Source: an uncultured bacterium (GTDB lineage: Bacteria; Actinomycetota; Coriobacteriia; Coriobacteriales; Coriobacteriaceae). Taken from it: a stretch of 64,000 bases of DNA. The notes under the pieces were generated by a model. That model was given only the letters and a program-made list of their open reading frames with translations. It had not been told where the DNA came from and made no database searches. Below, piece after piece: positions 39,036 to 47,087 of the stretch. How positions within the stretch are numbered: position 1 is the first letter of the stretch; each line of letters opens with the position of its first letter. The stretch lies in NCBI GenBank assembly GCA_905215505.1, contig CAJMPU010000013.1, positions 670-64,669 of the forward strand, written 5' to 3'. Both the position numbers and the translations under genes were made by a program.

Positions 39036-41105
39036 CTATCGAACCGAAGAATCGCCCGAGGCCGAAGAGGTATCGGGCTCGTCATAAATCACGCCGAGCA
39101 CGTCGCGCACGACATGCATCGCGGTATCCGAACCACCGCCGCCCTGCTCCAGGACAGTAGCGATGACATACTTGGGATCATCGGCCGGTGCATAGGCGCA
39201 GAACCACGCGTATTCGTCCTCGCCGCTTTTCTCGCCCGTGCCCGACTTGCCGTACACCTGTGGCGTCAGGGTGCCAAAGTGAGCCGCCAGGGACGTCGAT
39301 GCCGTGTAAATCACGTCGTGCATGCCGTTGCGAACAAGAGTCAAATCCGAATCGCTGTTGATCTTGGCCTCCAGGCGCTTCTTCTTGCCCTTGCCGTTGT
39401 ACTTATAGGCATCGCCGTCGCCATCGCGCGACACGGCAGACAAAAACACGTGAGGCACGTACTGTTTGCCGCCGTTGGCAAGACCCATATAGGCGCACGC
39501 CATCTGCAGGGGCGTCACCAGGATGTCGCCTTGGCCGATGGCAATGTTGGTCATATCGCCGGCATTCCACTTGCGGTCCTCGGCAGAGGCGTCGGTAAAG
39601 TACGACTCTTTCCACTCGGCATCGGGAATACGGCCCGCGCCCTCACTCGGCAGATCGATACCGCAGGTCTTGCCTAGGCCCCAGCGACGAAAGACCTCCT
39701 GCAGGCCCTCGGAATGTTGCTCGTCATAAAAGAAGGCCTTGCCCATGTCGTAGAAGACGGGGTCGCACGAGTTGGCGATACCCGACTGCAGCGTCATGGT
39801 GCCGTGGCCAGACGTCAGCCAGCAGCGCTTGCCCCAAGCCTTGCCCAGGCCCGTCCAATAGCCCGTGCAGTTGGTTGTCTGCGTTGAAGTGTAGGTTCCA
39901 AACTCAAGACCGGCCAGTGCCGAGAGCGGCTTGATGGTCGAGGCCGACATGTACTGTCCGCTAATGGCGCGGTTGAGCAGCGGGTGCGAACCCTTGTCAT
40001 CATTGAGCTCGGTCCACACGTCATTTGAGACGCCGCCGATAAAGACGGACGGATCGAACTTGGGCTCGCTCGCCATGCCCAGGATCTCGCCATTGTTGGG
40101 ATCGAGACACACCACAGCGCCGTTGCCGGCATTGCTGTAGCCAGTGGTCTTGGCAAGCTCGATGGCGCTCGCCAGCGCCGTCTCACAGGCCTGTTGGATC
40201 TTAAGATCGAGCGTGAGCTTAATGTCGGAGCCGGCCTTGGCGGGCACGGCGCCGGCCTGACCGGTCACATTGCCCGAGGCATCGACCTTGACGGTCTGCT
40301 CGCCACGAATACCCTGCAGCAGGTTTTCGTAGTAGCTCTCAACACCCGCCTGGCCCACGATATCGCCCGACTGGTACGTAATCCGGCCAGCAGAAGCATC
40401 ATCATCACCAGAGGTTTTCTTATTCTGGGCCTCGAGCTGCTCGGAGGTAATGGTGCCGGTATAGCCCAAGATATGGCATGCCGTCTCGCCATATGGATAC
40501 TGGCGCTCGGTACGCTCGGCAATCTTGACGCCCGGGAACTCGCCGGCGTGCTCCTGAATATAGGCAACCGTGGAGCGACGGACGTCCGTCGCGATGGTAT
40601 GCAGGCTCTGAGCGCCCTCGGAATTGTCCTGAATATTGCGCAGCACCGCCACGTAGGGCATACCGAGCACGTTGGCAAGATGGCGAACCAGAACCTCATC
40701 CTCGGCAAGGTCGCGGTAGGCCACGACAGCAAGTGAGGGACGGTTCTGGACAAGCGCCACGCCATTGCGGTCGAGGATGCGGCCGCGCACAGCGGGTGTG
40801 GTAACGGTGCGCGTCTGATTGCTATTAGCCTGCTTTTCGTAATAGTCCGACGAGACCATCTGCATGCCCCACAGCTTGACGGCAAGCGCCGCGAACATCG
40901 CGCCCACACCCGTGGTGAGGATGGAGAAGCGGCCCTTAAAGGCGGTCGCCGCGGTATTGCCCTCGCCCTCGGTGGCGCGCGGGGCCGTCCCATGCTGCGT
41001 ATCGTAGGTAAAACGAGAATCGCCGCGACGCATGATGACCAGTGCGACCACGATGGCCACAACCAGCACGATACCGGCGATAATAACCGTCATCTGGGAA
41101 GACAT
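39036..41105 (-). CDS. mrdA: Penicillin-binding protein 2 (class B)
   Basis: RGRILDRNG, SxxK (STIK), SCD, KSG motifs. Confidence 0.93.
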   Translation of the reverse strand: MSSQMTVIIAGIVLVVAIVVALVIMRRGDSRFTYDTQHGTAPRATEGEGNTAATAFKGRFSILTTGVGAMFAALAVKLWGMQMVSSDYYEKQANSNQTRTVTTPAVRGRILDRNGVALVQNRPSLAVVAYRDLAEDEVLVRHLANVLGMPYVAVLRNIQDNSEGAQSLHTIATDVRRSTVAYIQEHAGEFPGVKIAERTERQYPYGETACHILGYTGTITSEQLEAQNKKTSGDDDASAGRITYQSGDIVGQAGVESYYENLLQGIRGEQTVKVDASGNVTGQAGAVPAKAGSDIKLTLDLKIQQACETALASAIELAKTTGYSNAGNGAVVCLDPNNGEILGMASEPKFDPSVFIGGVSNDVWTELNDDKGSHPLLNRAISGQYMSASTIKPLSALAGLEFGTYTSTQTTNCTGYWTGLGKAWGKRCWLTSGHGTMTLQSGIANSCDPVFYDMGKAFFYDEQHSEGLQEVFRRWGLGKTCGIDLPSEGAGRIPDAEWKESYFTDASAEDRKWNAGDMTNIAIGQGDILVTPLQMACAYMGLANGGKQYVPHVFLSAVSRDGDGDAYKYNGKGKKKRLEAKINSDSDLTLVRNGMHDVIYTASTSLAAHFGTLTPQVYGKSGTGEKSGEDEYAWFCAYAPADDPKYVIATVLEQGGGGSDTAMHVVRDVLGVIYDEPDTSSASGDSSVR

Positions 41106-41118
41106 CTACGAGCCTCCC

Positions 41119-41691
41119 CTATTTGAGCTTACGGGTCTTGGGCTTAAAGCGCATGCCCGTCTGGCGTCCGCCACGTGCGGAAAATCCATAACCGGACTGC
41201 GGCACGACGCCGGACATCAAAAACGGAATGGCAACCAGACCCGTCAGGATCGAAGACGGCAGCGCATGGCCGAAGATCGCCACGACAAAGCTCGTCTCCA
41301 AACCCATAAACAGCAAGATGATGCTGTAGATCACATTAATGACGAGCGCAAAGGCGCCCACAGTGATGCCGCGCGCACTCGGGGTACCGCCCGTCTGACC
41401 GGCAGCGCTATGCACCAGGGCAAAAGAACCCACGGTCAGCAGGAGCGACATAACGCCCACCGGCACGGCAGCGGAAAGGTCATAGAACAAGCCGCTGCAA
41501 AAACCGCACACGACGGCACGGGTCGGGTCGCCCGAGAACACGCTTAGGCACACCAGGATAATCATAAAGTTGACGCGACCGCCCGCAATGGAGATCTGCG
41601 GTGCCAGGCCTGCCTGCAGCAGCACGCACACAATGGCGGCGATTACAAACGTGCGGGAGCTCATCCCCTGCTCGTGTAGATCCATGGACAT
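41119..41691 (-). CDS. mreD: Rod shape-determining protein MreD
   Basis: Hydrophobic multi-TM protein with GLFYDL motif between mreC and mrdA. Confidence 0.85.
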   Translation of the reverse strand: MSMDLHEQGMSSRTFVIAAIVCVLLQAGLAPQISIAGGRVNFMIILVCLSVFSGDPTRAVVCGFCSGLFYDLSAAVPVGVMSLLLTVGSFALVHSAAGQTGGTPSARGITVGAFALVINVIYSIILLFMGLETSFVVAIFGHALPSSILTGLVAIPFLMSGVVPQSGYGFSARGGRQTGMRFKPKTRKLK

Positions 41692-41696
41692 GCCCC

Positions 41697-42695
41697 CTAT
41701 TCGCTCGAGCCGGAATCGGTCGTCTCGGACGTGTCGGAACTGTCATCCGGGCTCTCGTCCTTCGTCTTGGTCGCAGCATCGCGCGACGTTCCCTGCGGCG
41801 TGCTGTTGGCCGTGTTCACGTCCTCATCCGAGGCCGACTGTTCGTCGGTCAGCGAGGTAATGACCAGCACTTCCTCGTTGTTCTCGGCCGTGGTCTGAGC
41901 GCGCACCACAATGGTGTAGTACACGTCGTTTGCCGATTTCTCAACCGACGAGACGGTGCCAAGCGGAAGGCCCTTGGGGAACACGCCACCGATGCCCGAG
42001 GTCACGATGATGTCGCCAACCTTAACATCGGAGTCGACGCTCACGTACTCAAGACGCAGCGTGCCGTCAGCCTGACCCTGCAGCATGCCCTGGGCGCGCG
42101 TGTCCTGCACCATGGCGGATACGCCGGAGTTCTCGTCGCCAATCAGGCGCACGGTGGACGTTTTGGCCGAGACTTCGATGATCTGGCCGATAACACCGGC
42201 CGAACTCGTCACAGGCATGTTGATGGTAAGCCCGTCGGCAGAACCCTTATCAATCGTGACGGTCGAAGTCCAGGCATCGCCGGAGGCACCGACGATACGA
42301 GCTGCGGTCGATTTGAGGTTGTAGGTCGATTGCAGCCCGACCAGCCCCTCCAGACGCTCGGCGGTCTTTTGAGCCTCGGAGAGCTCAGCAACCTTAGAGG
42401 TCAGTTCCTCGTTTTGCTTCTTAAGCTCGTCGAGCGTGTCCTGCGACGCCGTAAGGTTAGAGAACACGTTGCCGATCGTATTGAAGGGAGCCGCCACGGC
42501 CGAGCCCACAAAGCGCACCGGCGAGGTAATCGTCGTTACGCCCGAACGCACGGCATGAATCGGTCCTGCCTCGCCCTCGCGGATGTAAAACGTGAGCAGC
42601 AACACCGAAATCAGGCTGAAAACAATCAACGGGCGCATACCCGTTGATTGTCGCTTGGTATTCAGATTTGTGGAGAAACCCGAAGATCGTGCCAA
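41697..42695 (-). CDS. mreC: Rod shape-determining protein MreC
   Basis: TM plus coiled coil, TIDKGSADG, VTSGIGGVFPKGLPLG. Confidence 0.93.
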   Translation of the reverse strand: MARSSGFSTNLNTKRQSTGMRPLIVFSLISVLLLTFYIREGEAGPIHAVRSGVTTITSPVRFVGSAVAAPFNTIGNVFSNLTASQDTLDELKKQNEELTSKVAELSEAQKTAERLEGLVGLQSTYNLKSTAARIVGASGDAWTSTVTIDKGSADGLTINMPVTSSAGVIGQIIEVSAKTSTVRLIGDENSGVSAMVQDTRAQGMLQGQADGTLRLEYVSVDSDVKVGDIIVTSGIGGVFPKGLPLGTVSSVEKSANDVYYTIVVRAQTTAENNEEVLVITSLTDEQSASDEDVNTANSTPQGTSRDAATKTKDESPDDSSDTSETTDSGSSE

Positions 42696-42716
42696 ATGGA
42701 ATCCACCTTTTGGAAA

Positions 42717-43760
42717 TTAAGCATTGGTCTGGACGAAGCCGCCATCAAACGCGTTGGCCTCGAGCACGCGGGCGCAGCCATTCACGACGTTGTCGAGCGC
42801 CGTAGGGCTAACGTTGACCGAAACGCCGGTCTCATCGCGCAAGCGCACGTCGAGACCGCGCAGCAGTGCACCGCCGCCGGTCAACAGAATGCCGTAGTAC
42901 ATAAGATCCGAGGCAAGATCGGGCGGCGTGGCGTCGAGGGCGTCCTTGACGGCCTTGGCCATCTCGTCGAGCGGCTTGTTGAGCGCTCGACGGATTTCCT
43001 CGCTCTCGATGCGCACGGTCTTGGGCAGACCGGTGATCACGTCGCGGCCGTTGACCTCGACGTCGAGCTCGTCCTTGAGCGGCACGGCGGAACCGACCTT
43101 GATCTTGATGTCCTCTGCCGTACGCTCGCCGATGGCCAGGTTGTAGGCATCGCGAACGTGCGTGAGGATGGCCTGATCGAACTCGTCGCCGGCAATACGG
43201 ATGGACTGCGAGACGACGATGCCGCCCATAGCGATAACGGCAACCTCGGTGGTACCGCCACCGATGTCGATGACCATGGAGCCGGTGGGTTCCTCAACAG
43301 GCAGGTCAGCGCCGATAGCGGCGGCCATAGGCTCTTCGATCAGATAGGCCTGACGGGCACCGGCCTGGATCGTGGCCTCAAAGACAGCGCGCTTCTCGAC
43401 CGACGTGACACCGGAGGGAACGCAGACGACAACACGCGGACGCGGAGTCCACGGATAGCGCTTCTCGGACGCCTTGTCGATAAAGTAGCGAAGCATGGCC
43501 TCGGTAACATCGAAGTCGGCGATGACGCCGTCCTTCAGGGGACGAACGGCCACGATGTTGCCGGGCGTACGGCCGAGCATGCGCTTTGCCTCGATACCGA
43601 CCGCCAGGATGCGCTCGTCGTTCTTGTCGATGGCAACAACAGAGGGCTCGCGAATGACGATGCCCTTGCCGCGCACGGAAACAAGCGTATTGGCGGTGCC
43701 GAGGTCGATGGCAAGATCGCCCGCATAGCTACCGAAGAACATATCCATCAAAGAAAACAA
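42717..43760 (-). CDS. mreB: Rod shape-determining actin homolog MreB
   Basis: IDLGTANT, RPLKDGVIADF, EEPMAAAIG, DIGGGTTE, LTGGGALL. Confidence 0.97.
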   Translation of the reverse strand: MFSLMDMFFGSYAGDLAIDLGTANTLVSVRGKGIVIREPSVVAIDKNDERILAVGIEAKRMLGRTPGNIVAVRPLKDGVIADFDVTEAMLRYFIDKASEKRYPWTPRPRVVVCVPSGVTSVEKRAVFEATIQAGARQAYLIEEPMAAAIGADLPVEEPTGSMVIDIGGGTTEVAVIAMGGIVVSQSIRIAGDEFDQAILTHVRDAYNLAIGERTAEDIKIKVGSAVPLKDELDVEVNGRDVITGLPKTVRIESEEIRRALNKPLDEMAKAVKDALDATPPDLASDLMYYGILLTGGGALLRGLDVRLRDETGVSVNVSPTALDNVVNGCARVLEANAFDGGFVQTNA

Positions 43761-43820
43761 CGCAACTCCTGATGTGTTGGATGATTGCTGGAAAACTACT
43801 AGCTCATCATACTAGCGCAA

Positions 43821-43853
43821 GCCCGGCACCTCACTTGCGGTGAAGCGCCGGGC
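43821..43853 (-). terminator. Hairpin after TPR gene
   Basis: GCCCGGC...GCCGGGC stem; weak U-tract. Confidence 0.5.
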
Positions 43854-43875
43854 AAAGCTAAATCCCATAAGGTCA

Positions 43876-45180
43876 CTACTGGTTGTCAGCAGCCGAGAAA
43901 TCCATATCGAGCGAGGAAACGGCCCAGCCGATATGGTTGTCGGAGCGCACGAATTTGACGGTGTACTCCTGCTCGCCGCCCTTGGACAGCGATGCCTTCA
44001 CCTTGGCGGTCGTCTCGGTCATGGACTGATCCATGCCCTCGACGGACACGGTGGCACCCTGCGGAATCGAGGAGATGACCATCGACTTGGCATCCTCGGA
44101 CAGGCTCGAGGCCAGACAAGACTCGGCCTTTGCGGTGTCACCGTCGCCAGCAGCCTGGAACAGATCGGTGATAACCGACTCCTGCGAGGGGAAGCCAAAG
44201 CCGCGCGTATAGGCAAAGCCCAGACCGCCCGCGGCGATCAAAATGAGCAGAAGCAGCACGATGAAGACTTTGAGACCCGTGTGGCGATGGCGACGACGAA
44301 CCTTGGCCTGCTTGCGGTCCTGACGGTCCTGCTGGACCATCTCGGACTCGGACAGCGTAAAGAAGCCGGTGTCCGAGGGATCGGGCATAAACTGACCGGT
44401 CGCGCCCGTAGGATCGAGCGGATCGACGGCTGGAGCGTCCATCGCGGGTGCCGGAGCCGTGGCCATGGCCGTCTGGGCAGACAGCGCGGCAAGCGAATCG
44501 TGCACGCGGGCAAGCTCATCGGCCTGCTCGGAGGTGAGCTGGTAGATGCCATCGGCAGTAGCGGCGTTAAAGGCGTCGAGTGCGTCGGAGGGACGGCCGG
44601 CGGCAGAAAGCGCCTGACCCATGCCGGCGTTGAGCGCACGCGTGTCGTCGCGGGGGCCGGCAAAGTCGATAGCCGTGCGGTAGGTCTCCACGGCATCCGC
44701 CGGACGGCCGAGTTTAATGAAGCAACGACCGAGCTCGCCGAGTGCGGCGGCAGGAGCCGGATTGGCACCGTCGATGGCGGCCTGACGGAAGGCAGTACCC
44801 GCGTTGGCATAGTCGCCCGACTGGAACAGCGCGTTACCCAGGCCCAGATAGGCCTTAAACGGCGTGGCATAGGAAGCATCCTGCGTAGCGGCAGAGAACG
44901 CCTGGGCGGCCGTCGTGTAGTCGCCCACGGCGGCGAGCGCCTTGCCGCGGTTGGTGAGCAGCGCGCCGCGCTTGCCGTAGGTGCCGTCGTTGAGGGCGGC
45001 GGCATAGGCCTCGGCGGCCTCGGCATACATGCCCAGGTGCATCAAGGCGTTGCCACGAAGGTGATCGGCCTCGCCCATAATCTCATCGGGAGTCTTTGCC
45101 GCCCCAAGCATCTGGGCTGCAGCGGAAAAATCACCCGCGCGGTAAGCGGCGCGGCCCTGTTGGATCAGCTGGCTATTCAA
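43876..45180 (-). CDS. Tetratricopeptide-repeat membrane protein
   Basis: About six TPR-like helix pairs (e.g. LRGNALMHLGMYAEAAEAYAAAL), basic patch, TM (VFIVLLLLILIAAGGLGF), small external domain. Confidence 0.8.
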   Translation of the reverse strand: MNSQLIQQGRAAYRAGDFSAAAQMLGAAKTPDEIMGEADHLRGNALMHLGMYAEAAEAYAAALNDGTYGKRGALLTNRGKALAAVGDYTTAAQAFSAATQDASYATPFKAYLGLGNALFQSGDYANAGTAFRQAAIDGANPAPAAALGELGRCFIKLGRPADAVETYRTAIDFAGPRDDTRALNAGMGQALSAAGRPSDALDAFNAATADGIYQLTSEQADELARVHDSLAALSAQTAMATAPAPAMDAPAVDPLDPTGATGQFMPDPSDTGFFTLSESEMVQQDRQDRKQAKVRRRHRHTGLKVFIVLLLLILIAAGGLGFAYTRGFGFPSQESVITDLFQAAGDGDTAKAESCLASSLSEDAKSMVISSIPQGATVSVEGMDQSMTETTAKVKASLSKGGEQEYTVKFVRSDNHIGWAVSSLDMDFSAADNQ

Positions 45181-45191
45181 GGAAGTCCCCT

Positions 45192-45734
45192 TTACTCGTG
45201 AACGATCTCGACATGGACGATCTCGTCGCCGGCACGCAGCTGCGAAATCACATCGAGACCCTCGACCGTGGTACCAAAGACGGTGTAACCGGAATCGAGG
45301 TTATGCTGGGCACCCAGGCAGAAGTAGAACTGCGAACCCGCGGAATCGGGGTCCATGGAGCGCGCCATGGCAAGGGCACCGTCGACATGGCTGTTGCGCG
45401 GATTGGTGGCAAACTCGCCCTTGATGCAGTAGCCGGGGCCACCGGTACCGGGCATGCCGTCGGGGCCCTCAAGGCCGGCAGCGACGTCGGCGCCGGACAT
45501 GTCGCGGGTATTGGGGTCGCCACCCTGGATAACAAAACCGGGCACATAGCGATGGAACTTAAGGCCATCATAGAAGCCCATCGTGGAAAGCTCGCAGAAG
45601 TTCGCGACATGAATGGGAGCGCCCTCGCCGTCAAACTTGACCTTGATGGTACCCTTCGACGTCTCGATTACGGCGCACTCGTCGCCGACAAGCTGATACT
45701 CGGGCGTGTAGAGCTCTTTCTTAAAACCAAACAT
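45192..45734 (-). CDS. Cyclophilin-type peptidyl-prolyl isomerase
   Basis: FYDGLKFHR, FVIQGGDP, GALAMAR, SAGSQFY, YTVFG. Confidence 0.93.
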   Translation of the reverse strand: MFGFKKELYTPEYQLVGDECAVIETSKGTIKVKFDGEGAPIHVANFCELSTMGFYDGLKFHRYVPGFVIQGGDPNTRDMSGADVAAGLEGPDGMPGTGGPGYCIKGEFATNPRNSHVDGALAMARSMDPDSAGSQFYFCLGAQHNLDSGYTVFGTTVEGLDVISQLRAGDEIVHVEIVHE

Positions 45735-45841
45735 GTGGTTCCTTCCTCGTGCGTTTAAAGCATATTTGTACGAATTGTAGCAATAAGCACGGGTTTACAT
45801 CAATTGCGCACGTAGGTTATGCCGACTATGGCGAACTAATT

Positions 45842-46984
45842 TTAGGAACGCTGCTGCGGCTTCCAGGAACCCACATTGGCATCGTACTGGTTCAGCGCGC
45901 TGTTGCCGCCCTGCGCGATGGGCGCCAGGATCTCGCTTTGGTGGGAACTCATCGACTCGCCATCGGGAATGGCCAGCGAGATATCCCAGCTCTGGCAGAT
46001 CACGTCGACGCGCTCATACATCCACTCGGCAAGCTGCTTTAAGTGGGCGATGTCATCCGCATAGACCGTATCGTCCTGTACTTTCAGGTTGTTGAGCTCA
46101 TCTTGCGTCTTTTTGATCTGGTCGCGCAGGGCGTAGGCACTCTGCGACAGCTCCTGACGGGTGGACAGCGGCGTTCGGAGATAACCGTTGTTAAAGGAAT
46201 CGATGACCTCGCCGATCTGGTCCTCGTCAGCGTAGGACACGATGGTCTGATACAGACCGTCGAGCCTGGTATAGAGCTGATCATCGGTGAGCACGGTTTC
46301 TTCCTGGACCACCTCCGCAGAATCGTCCTGCTTGGTATCGTCCTCAGTGGCCTCGCCCTTTTGGCGCGTGGGGAAGGTGGTCTGTGCAGCTTGGCCAAAC
46401 TGGTCGTAGAAGCCGGGCATAACACCCATGGGATCGGTCGTCACGAACCAATAGGCACCGCCGCAAACGACGGCAAGGACCGCGATGATAATGAGCGGCT
46501 TGGGAATATGACGCTTATGCTTGTGATAGGCGTCCTCGTCGGGGTGCACCTTGCGCTTGGGTTTTTGAGCATCGTCATGCAGGGAAACGGGCGTGGGAAT
46601 ATCGACCTTGGGGATACCGAAATCCTTATCGAAAGCCGGCAGCACGCAGGTCTCATTGGGGTCAGCGGCGTCCGAAAGCACCGCAGCGGCAGAGGCCGGC
46701 GCATGCGGCACCTCGGTATCGATCTGCTCTTGCGTTAGGCGCGGAAAGCCCGCCGTGCGGCCCGCTGCCAGGTCGGATGCGGCCGCGTCCTCGGAGAGGA
46801 TACCCGGAGCGGGGCGTCCGCATTTGGGGCACGTGCGATCATGCGGAGAAAGACGGGCACCGCAGCCCTCACAGAACACGAACTCGGTGTGCTCCGGACC
46901 ATCGCCCGGACCCACATAGGCGTTGCAGTAGGGGCAGAACGAGGCGCCGTCCTCGATGGTCTTTAGGCAATGCGGGCAGATCAC
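45842..46984 (-). CDS. Double zinc-ribbon single-pass membrane protein
   Basis: CPHC..CPYC and CEGC..CPKC, TM (LIIIAVLAVVCGGAYWF), helical external domain. GTG start proposed. Confidence 0.75.
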   Translation of the reverse strand: MICPHCLKTIEDGASFCPYCNAYVGPGDGPEHTEFVFCEGCGARLSPHDRTCPKCGRPAPGILSEDAAASDLAAGRTAGFPRLTQEQIDTEVPHAPASAAAVLSDAADPNETCVLPAFDKDFGIPKVDIPTPVSLHDDAQKPKRKVHPDEDAYHKHKRHIPKPLIIIAVLAVVCGGAYWFVTTDPMGVMPGFYDQFGQAAQTTFPTRQKGEATEDDTKQDDSAEVVQEETVLTDDQLYTRLDGLYQTIVSYADEDQIGEVIDSFNNGYLRTPLSTRQELSQSAYALRDQIKKTQDELNNLKVQDDTVYADDIAHLKQLAEWMYERVDVICQSWDISLAIPDGESMSSHQSEILAPIAQGGNSALNQYDANVGSWKPQQRS

Positions 46985-47087
46985 GGCATCCTCTTTTCGA
47001 AGCAATTCAAACAATCGAGGTTAGAGCATAACATCGCCACGGCCCCACAGGAGCAAGGCACCAATTCAACATCGCCAGGGCGCGTAG

